The notes beneath the pieces were generated by a model. It searched no databases and was not told the DNA's origin. It saw only the letters and a list, made by a program, of their open reading frames with translations. Below, in pieces: positions 48,572-63,241 of a DNA stretch of 64,000 nucleotides (position 1 is its first letter; every line of letters begins with the position of its first letter). This DNA is from Octopus vulgaris (taxonomy: Eukaryota), in contig OX597830.1 in the NCBI GenBank assembly GCA_951406725.2, positions 67,332,001 to 67,396,000 of the forward strand. The letters run 5' to 3'. A program made the position numbers and the translations under genes.

Positions 48572-50536
48572 ATGGGATACCTGGAAATCACCCTCTATAA
48601 TAACGTTCTTAACCAATTTGGCACCACTCTCCACACACACATAGAGAAGAACTGGAAGAGATATCTTGATGACTGCTTCATCCTTTGGCCCGAAACCGTC
48701 GAGAAGCTTAACGAATTTCACACTCTTATAAATGGGCTCAACACAAACATTATTTTCACAATGGAATACAGCCCTCAACAAATTCCCTTCCTCGACATCC
48801 TCATTAAAATTCACAACAAAAAAATAGAAACAGACATATACTACAAGCCCACAGACTCCAAGCAATACCTCCCTTTCAATTCATGCCACCCTAGACACGT
48901 TAAAATTAACATTCCCTACAACTTAGCCAAGAGAATTTGCACTATAGTCTCCAATAAAAACACCCGTCTCTTACGTCTACAAGAACTCAAGGGCACATTA
49001 ACAAGCAGGGATTACCCCACGTCACTAATTGACAATGGGATCCAACGCGCCCTAAAACTCAGCACGCAGGAACTTAGACGCCCTAAACCTATTACATCGA
49101 AACCCCATACTCTACCATACATCTCTACACACACCCCCCTCAACAATGAAGCTTTTGACACCATCCTCCAGAACATTCCTGTATTACAAAAAGACCATAG
49201 AATGAACCAAATCCTCCTAACACACGAAATCATAAAGAGCAAAAGGCAACCCAAATCATTGAAAACCATCCTAACAAATGCCAAAGTACTGCCAACCACA
49301 ACAACTAAACCCACAGTAAACAAATGCAATAGACCCAACTGTGGTATATGCATCAACCTAATAGAAGGTCCGGAATTCCTTTTTAAACAAGGACAACGTT
49401 TCACAGTAAAACACAACTTCACATGCGCATCAGAAAACCTAGTATATGTCTTAACTTGCTCGGGCTGTAATGAACACTACATAGGCCAAACAAAAAATAG
49501 CCTCCGCCAACGCATGACTGTCCACAGATCCCAAATAAAAATACAGGAATATAGAAAAATAGCATTTAGTGCACATATTGATACCTGTGCCGCACAACTC
49601 CATCCCAATTTTAGAATCTTTCCCCTCTACAAATTTAAAGACAATGCCACTCATACCCAGCGAATAACCATGGAATCCCACCTTATTAATAAATACAGAC
49701 CACTTCTAAACACATGCCCCTAACACGAACCCACAACAAACACACTTACACCTGCACACACCCTACACACACCTTTACCCAGATATTAACACCATGACAC
49801 ACACAAATATATGGTTCCACACATACACATAATTGAATACGGGTGCAAAACATCCAACACTATTTTTGGAAATGGCTGTAAATATTGACTTCACACAAAT
49901 ACGTTGCTTCCCGATACAGGCACAAGGCCAGCAGAACTATAAATATTGAAAATTGTACCCACACACAAACACATATATACACGCGCGCGCGCCCCAACAT
50001 ACATATAAACACACACGCGCGCGCGCGCACACATACATACATACAGCTCTCCCTGTTCTAAACGAACTTACTTATCCAGTCAAGCGGAAAATACACTCCC
50101 TAACTACGCGCTAAAAAGCTATTTAAAATATCCACATGACGTCTACTGACCAGCCTGAACAATAAGAATTTTCAACAACACTATTTCCGAAAATTCTAAA
50201 CATTCACGTGACCTCTTTATTATGGCCAATAAGAAATTTTAGGCGGGACACTAGCCAAATTTTAACTTCTCTGGAGCCTTTTTTCTTACCCCAACACCAA
50301 CTTCCATTCAAACATTCACGTGACCCCTTCATAATGACCAATCAAAATTTTAGGCGCGAAACCAAGCAAATCCAAAACAACTCTGGAGCCTCTTTTTTTC
50401 ACATATAAGAGACAGACTCTAATCTCTCTTTTATATTTTGATAAGCATAACAAATGCGCAACCGGTAAAAAGAACTTTTACCTAATTAAATTACTTAAAT
50501 TACTTCAATTATTTGTCAGCATTTTCTTCATTTCCT

Positions 50537-50540
<4 letters not shown>
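48569..50540 (+). mobile_element. Penelope-like element, Neptune-type, 5'-truncated within RT
   Basis: [36 protein letters not shown]; stop-free to 49723. Confidence 0.93.
50434..50471 (+). ncRNA. Hammerhead-like motif with U3-A8 core and an A13C lesion
   Basis: TTGATAA-GCAT aacaa ATGC-GCAA-CCGG-TA. Confidence 0.6.
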
Positions 50541-50634
<94 letters not shown>

Positions 50635-50639
50635 TATAC

Positions 50640-50692
<53 letters not shown>

Positions 50693-50705
50693 TATATACA
50701 TATAC

Positions 50706-50784
<79 letters not shown>

Positions 50785-51001
50785 CATATATATATATACA
50801 TATATATATATACATATATATATACACACACACATATATATATACATATATATATACACACACACATATATATACACACACACATATATATATACACACA
50901 CACATATATATATACATATATATATATATACATATATATATACACACACACATATATATATACATATATATATATATATACATATATATATACACACGCA
51001 C

Positions 51002-51036
<35 letters not shown>

Positions 51037-51060
51037 AAAATATATTAAAAAATATATTAA

Positions 51061-52029
51061 AAAAATAATAAAAATGATAAAAATATAAATAAGAATAATT
51101 ATAATAATAATAAATATAATAATAATAATAATATAAATAAGAATAATAAAAATAAAAATAAATTTAATAATTATTATAATAATTATATTGATAAAATTAA
51201 TAATATTAATAATTCCTTAAATGCTGTACATAGATATAATTTTGATAATAATTTTAATAAAATAGAGAATTATAAATATATTTATAATAATGATAATAAT
51301 AATAAGGTTAATAAGAATAAAATATGGTTAATAGTTCCTTATGGAGATCAAGTAAAAACGACTATTATTAAAGAGATTTTAGATGTTATAGAACTATTTA
51401 TTAGAGATAATCGTAAATATAGAAACATTTTCTCTTTTAATAATTTTAGAGTTGGTTATTCTACCACTAATAATGTTGGTAACATTATTTCTTCATTTAA
51501 TAAATATAAACTGAATAATTTTTATAAAAAGAAATTATTTGATAATAATATTAATAATGATAAGACTTATATTAATTGTACATGTAGAGATAAACCTAAT
51601 TGTATATTAAATAATAATTGTGATATTAACGATGTAGTGTATAAATGTATAGTTACATTACATGATAATAACTTTAAGAATAATAATTACCCAAAAGCGG
51701 TTTATATAGGTTCTACTTCCTCAAAAATAAAACTAAGAATCGCACAACATATGAATTCTTTTAAAAATAAAAACTTAATCAACTCAACCGGACTTAGTAA
51801 GTACATTTGGAGTCTTAAATCACTAAATATTAATTATAGTTTAATTTGGGAAATAATTTGTAAAACTAAATCATATACTATAGGAGCTAATTGTTGTTAT
51901 TTATGCTCTAATGAGTTTAAAGAAATTTTATTTTATAAGTATGATAATTTACTTAATACTGGTGAAGAGCGCAAAATAAAATGCAGACATAAGTTACTTT
52001 ACCTATATAATAAGTTTCATGATAAATAG
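51061..52029 (+). CDS. PLE linker + GIY-YIG (Naiad-type), stop-free for ~322 codons, Asn-rich
   Basis: [37 protein letters not shown] (CxCx5Cx5C), [25 protein letters not shown]. Confidence 0.8.
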   Translation, partial: KNNKNDKNINKNNYNNNKYNNNNNINKNNKNKNKFNNYYNNYIDKINNINNSLNAVHRYNFDNNFNKIENYKYIYNNDNNNKVNKNKIWLIVPYGDQVKTTIIKEILDVIELFIRDNRKYRNIFSFNNFRVGYSTTNNVGNIISSFNKYKLNNFYKKKLFDNNINNDKTYINCTCRDKPNCILNNNCDINDVVYKCIVTLHDNNFKNNNYPKAVYIGSTSSKIKLRIAQHMNSFKNKNLINSTGLSKYIWSLKSLNINYSLIWEIICKTKSYTIGANCCYLCSNEFKEILFYKYDNLLNTGEERKIKCRHKLLYLYNKFHDK

Positions 52030-55000
52030 CAATAATAGTTCCCTATTAGGTTACTTTAGTTTAGTTTAAATTAGTTTAGAAAATATTTTTTGGTTATGTA
52101 GTCTAGGCTTTAATTATAGTTAGTCTTTATTGATATTTCTTTGTTTTAATTAGTTCATTTTTAATGTATATTAATATAACAGTTTATGGTATGTTAAAAC
52201 TTTAATAATTTATATTAGATTTTTTTATTTTCTTTATTTATATATTTTTTTATTTTTATTTTATTTTATTATGTATTTTTATTATGCATTTGTTATATGT
52301 ATTTTGGAGGATATATTTATATGTTGATGGGTGTTATTTAGTGGTGTTTTTTTTTTTTTTTTTTTTTTTGAGTTTTGTATGTATGTGTGAATGTTTACGA
52401 TCCCTTTGTTTTTTGTTTTTTATTTGGTATGTTGAATTGACAGATTTTATTTGGGTATTGTCTGTTATAATAAAGTACACACACCCATAACAAATATAAG
52501 TGCCCACTTCATTCGCGCGTACCTGGAATTGCATGTGAGCCTCAACATATACACCAAACGGCCACTCCCGCCCCATATGGACAAATAAACACATACATCC
52601 CCAAAAATGGGCGTAATCCCACTCACACCAATCATATGTATACAATTATACACACTAGAATAATACATAACTAACCCAAATATACAGAACATATTAAAAA
52701 TCACCAACAAACCACCATCACAAATGAAACCTACACCCATACAATGACAAAACTTCCCCCTCCATACCCAATTTACACCCACATAGCAATCCCAATATAT
52801 TCATCCATACATGGACGCACGTGCGTGAAGCACATGCACACAATAAATACGTACAACCCCCCAATACACACTCATATACATACGTATCAAGCTCGACATC
52901 CACAGCAATACGCTTACACCCACTCACACCCAGATGGGTGAATTGCACAACCAGGGAACGTACACACACACGTGTGCGTATTTTGATTGTGCAACTCGCC
53001 CATATGCATGTATGCGGGCGCGATTACATTGTTGCACATATCGAGCCCAACTAGCATGCATATGTACATGTGAGGGGGTACACGTACATGCCGTGCGCGT
53101 GTACACCCTGCATTTATACCCGTGCGTGAATATACACATGGAGACTACCACACAGGTACAAATGTGTATAGTAATGGTAGCCCCATCACTACACTCAATG
53201 TATACTCTCACCCATCCGCACGGATGTGAAAGCGAATCTCCGGTGTATATGTTGAGGCTTATATGTAGCGCAGTAGAGGTGAACGTCGTTGAAATTGTGA
53301 ATGAATGGGTGGAGTTGGGAATTGTAACCGGGTGGTGGGCTAGCGTTGCTGGGAATTGGGAATGGAATAGTGTAGTAGTAAGGCAGGCATCGAGAATAGA
53401 TTTGGGTTACTGCAAGCTGTTTGTTAGAGCTGCTAAGATGAGCTAAAGCTCATAAATGTATATAATAATTTATTATGGTAGTTTTATTAAAGAATCCATT
53501 CATAATAAATTTTTCTAAGTAGTGTTGGTTTGCCACGTGGATATAGTTTTTAGTTCCATTTATTCTATTTCTCCATTCATAATTTTAAATGACGTTTACT
53601 TTCCATGGCGCGTATTCTTTTTTTACATAAGTTATATTTCTATGGTAACGTAATTTTGGTTTGATTTTTTTAACGGCTAAGAATTTAATTTCACTTCATA
53701 ATTTGAAACTGACTTGTAAGTATGTATTTTATTTCTCCTTATGTCATATTGTTATTTTTGATATTCTGGTTAATTACGATGTATTTAATGTTGTTTTTTA
53801 TTGGAGTGTTTATGTATATGAGATTGTGTGTGAGTTTTTAGTTGTATAATTTATTTATCTGTATGAGTGTGGGTGTGTAAATCTTGTTGTATATATCGAG
53901 TTTAGTGAGTATGTATATGCGTATATGTGAGGGAGTATATGTATCTGTTGTGTGTGTGTGTTTTGCGTGTGTGTGTGTTTGTGTGTGAATGTGTATATGG
54001 GTTTGTTATTTAGGTTTTGGGATGTATGTGTTAATTTGTCTGTGTGGGGAGGGAGTGGGTTTTTGGTGTATATTGAGGTTTATAAGTTAGTATAGGTATG
54101 TGTATAAGTCGTGGGTCTGTGGTTTACGTGTGTGTTTTTGTGTGTGAATGTTTAGGTTAGGGGGATTGCTATATAGGTTTGTTATAGAGTTTAGCAAAGG
54201 GAGATTTTATCGTTATATGTTTTTAAGAGTTTTGGTTTATCATGGTTTTTTTTAGGGAATTCGTGGTAATTTGTCTATTTTCGATGTTGGTTGTTTTATT
54301 ACATTGTTTCATTCATAATTTTTGAGTGGTGTTCGTTTTGCCACGTGAATATTATTTTTAATTCCATTTATTCCATTTCTCCATTCATTATTTTAAAAGA
54401 TGTTCGTTTCCAGAGCGGTTATACTTTTTATACATATGTTAAGTTCCTTGGTAAAGTAATTTTGTTTGGTGTATATGTTGAGGCTTATATGTACTTGTGG
54501 GTGTGTGTGAGTGGGGTGGGTGTTTGTATTTGTTATGGGTGTGTGGTTTACGTGTGTGTATTTGTGTGTGAATGTATAGGTTAAAGGGATTGCTATATAA
54601 GTATGTTATAGTGTTTAGTAAAGGGAGGTTTTATCATTTATGTTTTGGGAGTTTTAGCTTATCATGGTAGTTTTATAAAAGAATCCATTCATAATTTTTG
54701 TGTTTATTTGTCTGTGTGGGGTTGAGTGGGTTTTTGGAGTATATGTTGAGGTTTATATGTATGTATAGGTATGTGTAAGTGGTGTGGGTATTTGTATATG
54801 TCGTGGGTGTGTGGTTTACGTGTGTGTATTTGTGTGTGAATGTTTAGGTTAGGGGGATTGCTATATAGGTATGTTATAGAGTTTAGTAAAGGGAGATTTT
54901 ATCATTATATGTTTTTATGAGTTTTGGTTTATCATGGTAGGTTTGTTAAGGAATTCGTAGTAATTTGTGTCTATTTGCGATGTCTGTTGTTTTATTGCAT

Positions 55001-55551
55001 TGTTTCATTCATAATTTTTAAGTAGTGTTCGTTTTACCAAGTGAATATAATTTTTAATTCCATTTATTCCATTTCTCCGTTCATAATTTTAAGTGATGTC
55101 CGTTTTCTAGAGCGTGAATGTGGGTTGTATGTGTGTGTGTGGGGAGTATGAATAAGTATTGTGTTGAAGTATTTAGCTATTTTATTTATTTATAGTTGCC
55201 TAGACGTTTTTATGTGTATGTATAGGGATATATATATAGGTGTGTGATTTAGTGTATGTAGTTAGATATGGTTATATATAATTAGGTATATGTGTATGGG
55301 TGTATATATAGTTTATTATTATATTATTATTATTTTTTTGTTTTGTTTTATATTTTATATTTTATATTTTATATTTTATATTTAATTGTTGATAGGTTTA
55401 TTTTAGTTTATATATTGTTTATATATTGATTATATATGGATTATATATAGGTTATATATGGATTATATATTTATATTTTTTCATTCATACTTTAATTATT
55501 TTAAAATTATTATTTTTATATTTTAAAATATTGATATTTTAGATTGGAAGT

Positions 55552-55594
55552 CCACCTGAAGATTGTCGATCAAGACAAGAAACAATTGTAGTGG
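55552..55594 (+). ncRNA. Minimal type I hammerhead with a fully canonical core
   Basis: CCAC-CTGAAGA-TTGTC gatcaa GACAA-GAAA-CAATTG-TA-GTGG. Confidence 0.9.
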
Positions 55595-55688
55595 CGGTTT
55601 TTTTGACTATTTATTAAAATTTTATGTATTGATTAAGTCTTTCCTTGTTTGTTTTGCAAAATAGTGGTTTTGTCTCTAATAATATTTT

Positions 55689-57248
<1,560 letters not shown>

Positions 57249-57659
57249 TGCACTCCAGTCAGGTTTGCATTGTTGATGCCTATGTTATCTTCTGAGAATA
57301 TAGATGCTTTTGTCACAAGAACTAATGCCCTCTTGCATTAGTTCTTGTGACAATGGATATGTATAAAAAGAATACTGTATATCCTTTTTATGAATATCTT
57401 TATATATTTTCTCACATTGGTGCAATCTTTTATACTGGAGGGCCAAACTATTATTCTTCATTCTGGTAGAGCCAGCTACTATTTTCCCAATAAGTAGAGT
57501 TGTCTACTTTATCTCTTACTGGTAGTTACAGAAACTATATTCCATATATTTAGAGAAGCCTTCTATTTTTTTGTATTATTATGGCCAGTGTAGTAGTCTT
57601 CATTTTAGTATGGCGGGACACTAGAAAGGTCATCATGTAGCTGGAACGACTATGCATCC

Positions 57660-58365
57660 CGAGGTAGGACAATTTTATGCAGAATTAGGAGTAGAAAGCA
57701 GTAAAGTATGAGCGAAAAGGGTTTGAGCAGAACAAGTTCGTTGTTACACAGGAGAGAGATGAACGAGTGGAGAAGGAAAATGATGGACGATAGGGGTTAC
57801 GAGGTGCCAAAAAGGACATTGAAGCTAAAAGATTGGTAGAAATGCGTGGGGAGCAGGAGCTATCTTATAATACAGAACAACAGGAAAAACAAAGATGGCA
57901 CAGTAAAAAAGACAAGAGAGATGACATGCTGTTGAGTAGGCTGAGGAATAAGCGGCGAAGAGAAAGGAGAGGGTGACAGGTGTAGTGGTGGCGGCGGTGG
58001 CGAGATAATTTGATGGCATAGTGGGGTGGGTGGGAGTGATGAATGAAAGTGTGGGCGGAAAGAACAATATTAAATGATGAAGGATGGATAAATAGTGAAT
58101 TTATTCTGGATAGAAAGAAAAGTGGTATCAAGTAAGAACTGGTGTTAGGGAGTTGATGGAGGTGGTGGATGCTCGAAGAGAATTGAAATTGGGTGAAGGG
58201 CCGAGTTAAACATAAATATACATACACAACTTTACAAGAGCACCGTTCCACTGAGGTGGTATGTCTTTTGGAGAACTGCATATCACCAGTGATACTGGTT
58301 CTCTATAATTTCTTCCATGGTGTCCAAGCTTTTAATCACATCTCTGAAGTTCAAGATCCCGAGAT
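57660..58365 (-). repeat. Diverged inverted homolog of ~1720-2420 (old RTE-like 3' remnant plus pyrimidine-rich segment)
   Basis: Shared TTGGACA.CATG.A.GA.ATTA..TGG.GATATGCA and AACACCAGTTCTT..CCAGAAT. Confidence 0.55.
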
Positions 58366-58372
58366 AAGCCTT

Positions 58373-58374
<2 letters not shown>

Positions 58375-58418
<44 letters not shown>

Positions 58419-58424
58419 GCACAC

Positions 58425-58482
<58 letters not shown>
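58375..58482. repeat. (CA)n microsatellite
   Basis: Seen directly. Confidence 0.95.
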
Positions 58483-58486
<4 letters not shown>

Positions 58487-58699
58487 CTATTAACACTGGT
58501 CGTCATCTTTCGAAAAGTCGTGTGCTTCTTAAATAAGATTAGTTAATTCATATGTACTTTCATGTCCTGAATCTAAATATCACCTTGAAAAATGCATATT
58601 AGCTATAGGTTGAAAGACACACGACATATAATATTTGATTATTTTATTATAACGTACAGTTTTTGTCATTATGTTTAATGCTCTAGTCCGTATCTACTC

Positions 58700-60214
58700 C
58701 CTGCCTTTTTGCTTGACGCTTATAGAGGGCTGAAGAATAATGTCCAGCAAGCATCGTTTTGCTCCATTTGCCCTGGTACCGCCGTGTCCATAGTCGAAAT
58801 ATCTTGGTGAAACCGTCAACCATGTTCGTCACTAACTGCCCCACAGCTCGCTAGAAAAACGTCTAAATGTGTCTCCAAACGTGGTTTTAACATGACATGT
58901 TACATCCCATATTCTTGTAAGCCTTGGCGAGGTTTTTCATTAATTCTTTAAGAAGCTCTCAGCTCTGAGGACCAATGAAGACTCCCTCATTTATCATAGC
59001 ATTACTCAGTGGGGGTGGGAATTCTGATGTTAAATACTTGAATCCTTGACCAGATTTGTCCATAGCTTTTACAAATTTTTTCATGAGCCCCACTTTTATG
59101 TGTAGTGATGGGAGAAAAATTTTGCTTGGCTCAGAGAGAGGTGGAAGTTGAACATTTTTTCATCCCAAGTTTCAACGTTTGCCGAGGTGACCAGTCTCTC
59201 CTGATACAGTGCGAACCTCTTGCGCAGCTATCCCATTCACACAGAAAGTAACAGAACTTGGTGTATCCGTCCTGAGAGCCCATCACAAAAGCAACAACCT
59301 TTAAGTCATCACAGAGCTGCCATTGATGTTCACTATATTTTATGCATTGCAGCATAAGCTTTATATTCTCATATGTTTTTTTCATATATGAATCATAGCC
59401 CACATGAACTGAAGGTTCACTATTGCCATTATGCAACAAGAGAGCTTTCAGGCAAATTTTTCATGAATCCATGAACAGCCTTCAGTGACTGGGTTCGTAT
59501 TCAATATCAAGTGCTTCCATCCTTCCATTATGAAAAAATTGCTGAACTGTTGCTGACGGTCATGAAATTTTGAAAGTTTACATCAGCTATTCGGAGATTT
59601 CACTGTTGAAGACGAGAGCCTAGCAGCTTTGCCCTATTCTCAGGTAGTCATAGATCCTTGTCAAGGCCATGGAATTTCCCGTTGTGTTATGAGATGTGAT
59701 CTAGAGGAGTGTGTTTCATCAAAGTTTTGGTCATTCCGCAATCCAGCACTGTTATCCCCTTCTGCTTCCTCTTCACCCTCTTCTTCATCTGACTCGAAGA
59801 ATATGGAAGTTGGTGCATCAGGAACAGATAGACATTTTCCACGTGGAACCTGGCGCATACCTAATGGAATATTTCGATATTCATGGGACTCTTTTTTGAA
59901 AAGCCCTTTTTCACTGGAAGTACCATGCAGAAATAACAATTGCCTGTATTGTCTGTTGGCTCCCGCCATGTCATTCGTACAATAAAAGATATTCCTTTCC
60001 TTTTCCTCTTCAACCATTGGTGAAGGCTAGTAGCACAAGTGTTGCAACACATGTGAGGAGCCCACTTCTTATCCTGGTCGCCAATCTTGCATTCAAAACA
60101 TAGGTGATATACCTTTCTAACCAGAGCAGTAATACGGCGCTTCTGCGATGCAAAGGTCACCTCACCACAAATGTTGCAGAAGTTGTCTGACTTATTCACA
60201 CAAGTGCGAGGCAT
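58700..60214 (-). mobile_element. Decayed DNA transposase, Chapaev-like (CMC superfamily)
   Basis: FCNICG..DQDKKWAPHMCCNTC..WREP..CYFC zinc domain, LHNGN, GYTKFCYFLCEWDS, LHIKVGLMK, FHQDI..RYQG; frameshifts. Confidence 0.75.
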
Positions 60215-61070
60215 TTTAAAGAAGACGACAAAAAATAAGCAGATAAACAGAAAATTCGTTCATAAATTTATCATTAGCAGAAGTGTTTATATCATTCAGT
60301 AGAAAAATAAAATTTATATAAAATGCCTCATATGCATATCAACAGCTTGCTCAATGAATATTTATTATAAGTTTAAAAAGTGTTTGACTAGGAAAATCAT
60401 TTACCTTTTACCTCAGTATATAAACTTGCACAGCACAACCACATCCTACGACTTCTCTAACAATCCTGAAGGGCAGTGCAACTGTGAGTGCGATAAGAAA
60501 CATACTACTGCGTGCTTTTGGAAATTTGTTTTTAATAGGATACCAACGTTGGCGGTGGAATTTATCTTGAAGGTTTCACCAATGAATAGATCTTTCAATT
60601 GATGGAGGCTACAAAAATATTAAATATATTAAACAACAAGATCATTTATCTTTAGCATCTGTTCTTTCCTTCCTTTCATTTTAGTCTCTATTTTTTAACT
60701 ATGCATTAGGTGTATTGTATAACTTTCTCAGCCTGACAGATGTTTAAATTGGTGAAATAAAATTCTCTTATCATCATGTGGCTCTGTTTCTATCCGGAAG
60801 ATTTGATTCATTCCAATCCCATGTCAAAACCAGTGTACCATGCTAAAAACTATAAATCAATAGAAAACAAATTCATGTGTACTTGTGTTAATATGGATTG
60901 GATTATCTCTTCCAGATAATTGTAGTTATACTTATTTATTATAGTATTTCTGTTCAGTTATGTCTTCTCTGTATAATTTGTTATAGAATTTGAAACTCTG
61001 TGTTATTAATGTCAGATGCTGAAATCTCATCATTCCTGCAAACATTCATATTATTTTCTTTTATTTTCAG

Positions 61071-61111
61071 AAATCTGATAAGAAATGGATAGAGGAACAC
61101 ATTAAACTAAG
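61071..61111 (+). other. Candidate 41-nt host exon
   Basis: Polypyrimidine TTTTCTTTTATTTTCAG acceptor, AAG|GTAATT donor, open frame KSDKKWIEEHIKL. Confidence 0.35.
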
Positions 61112-62653
61112 GTAATTCAAGAAATATGCCCCTAAATTTTATAATGTATAAGTACACATATATTAGGATTTCAGTTATGGTAATGTTGTAAATTGAAACA
61201 TTTTTATCAGTTGAGATTCTTCCAGTAATTAGTATACAAAAACATCGCTTAGAGATGTGGATATCTAAAAGCAATGGGCGGGAGAGGTAACTAAAAGAAT
61301 CTCTTAATTGTTGATTTCCATATAAGTCATTTTTTCTTATGTGAAATTTGACTGGCGACTGTTGGTGCTGCCACCTACAGTTGCTTTCGGAATAAGAGAA
61401 GTTGAGAAAGAAAGTTTACTAAGAAATAGGGAGAGAGTAAGGTTTTCTATTTTCTTTACTTTTAACAGTGGATTAGAGATGCAGAAGGCGAGAGACAGTG
61501 ATAGAATGAGGGAAAGTCTCTTACATGTTTAGGATTTCATTCCAGTAGTTTTTCAAAGATATTGTTTTATTTCTCTTGTTAATTTTCTCCCTCCAGTGCT
61601 TGTTAGATTGTTCTTCATACAGACTTCATTACCATTTCCTTTACAAACTACATGCACACCCCTCTGTGTTTCTCTCGGGTGCAAACGTGGGATCTCTTGT
61701 ATTTCCACGCTGCTTATCACGTGAGGATGACTTAGGATTAATTTCCAATATATTTCATCTCGCCATGGTACCTTTCCGTTTGTTTTGTGTGTAGCATTCA
61801 GAATTCAACCATCGTTCGAAACACACGTGGGAAATGTGACCGGTAACTGTTGTTGCTGCTACCTACAGATGATTTTGAGTAAGAGAGAGAGAGAGAGAGA
61901 GAGTGAGTGAGTTAGCTAGAAATAGAAGGGAGGGTGAGGTTTTCCTTTAAAGAGAAAGAACCACGCAGGGCTTATATTTTTTATTATTACAAGATTTTTT
62001 CTTACGAGGGAGAGAACATAAAATAATATTTCTATATAATTCAATTTTCCACCTCATTTTTGAGTGTCCTAGTAGCTGGAAATAACATTATTTCGCTTTT
62101 CTTTGAGCATCCCAATACATCATAACTTAGTATCATGAGGCCAGTTGGACTATGTTCATTTAAAACATTTAGGAATTATATACAGTCGATTTTCTTATTT
62201 CCGTTTTCTTTCTTTTTTTCTTAAACGCTTAGCACTTAAGAAAAGAAGTGAAGAGATAGAAGCAGAGAAATAAAATCTCAGGGGTTTTCTCATAATAATT
62301 TGGGAATATATTAAATTGTTACATTTCCAAACCCTACTCCCTTAGATCACCGGTATTATTTATGAAAAGCATAAAAATGGAGATCAACAGAAGACTAAAA
62401 AAAGTTAAATCTGATTGGTGTTTGATATAACAGTATATCATTTCTGTTCAATTATTACTCTTAATACAGTAATGGTATAAATAATTTTAATAATCACACA
62501 CATGTTTATGAGTGAAAGAGGTTAGGTTTTGTGATGCCGATTTGTTTCTCTTTTATATAAAGAACAAATTAAAGTGAATTAAGCAAAAGTTAAAACTGGT
62601 TTGTGAACTCAGTGGGAAATCCACAGCATCTGCTAATAATGATCCTAATTATA

Positions 62654-62708
<55 letters not shown>

Positions 62709-63241
62709 GAAATTTTACTTTTCTGGCTGGGGACTTGATCTAATTTTATGTGAAGAAACTGAAATGAGTTCATCATAGATGATGAGTTATAACCACGACA
62801 ACGTATATTGTTAGAAGTGTTTTCTTATATAATATTAAATATGAAGAAGTCTCAAAGGTTAAATCGAACATGCATTTTGGAAGTTTGAGATGAAGATCAA
62901 AATGTCTAGCTTTATTGTTACTTAAAAATTCTATAAATGCCAGTTTCCCCTCTTTCCCAAGATGTTAGGGCGAAAGCAGTAATTAAAACATGAAATCCAA
63001 AATATGAGAAATCCTGGTCTTTGTGTTCCGCAGCAAATGTAAATCATAGAAAGAAAATATATGGAAAATTTAAAAGAAAGTCAGCGTATTTAGCCAATTG
63101 GAAATGAAAAAGATGGCAAACATTGAAGCAAAAGACATTTTATTGGAGAAAGATATCTTTTGCAATGAAAATGTGTTGCTGTGAAGATTTAATTTTGATG
63201 TAGGGGCATGTAAGAGAAACATTCTCCTCTTCCTCCTCCTC

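Larger units (their letters stand above)
51036..55688 (+). mobile_element. Naiad-like PLE, 5'-truncated, with a long repetitive 3' region and terminal HHR
   Basis: GIY-YIG ORF, HHR at 55552, (TA)n on both sides; continuity of the middle is inferred. Confidence 0.65.

Noticed and set aside
51570-51990. Possible selenocysteine recoding, as known in some Naiad PLEs
   Set aside because: The conserved Cys positions are TGT/TGC and there is no in-frame TGA.
53460-55110. CRISPR-like repeat/spacer array
   Set aside because: Units are long, degenerate and lack unique spacers; the context is eukaryotic with no cas genes.
58494-60840. CACTGG terminal inverted repeats for the Chapaev-like element
   Set aside because: Only 5-7 nt matches were found at the right side, too short to define ends.
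61355-61945. Two diverged ~90-bp repeats (61355 and 61845)
   Set aside because: Short, degenerate and purine-rich, with no structural or coding signal; likely an old repeat.
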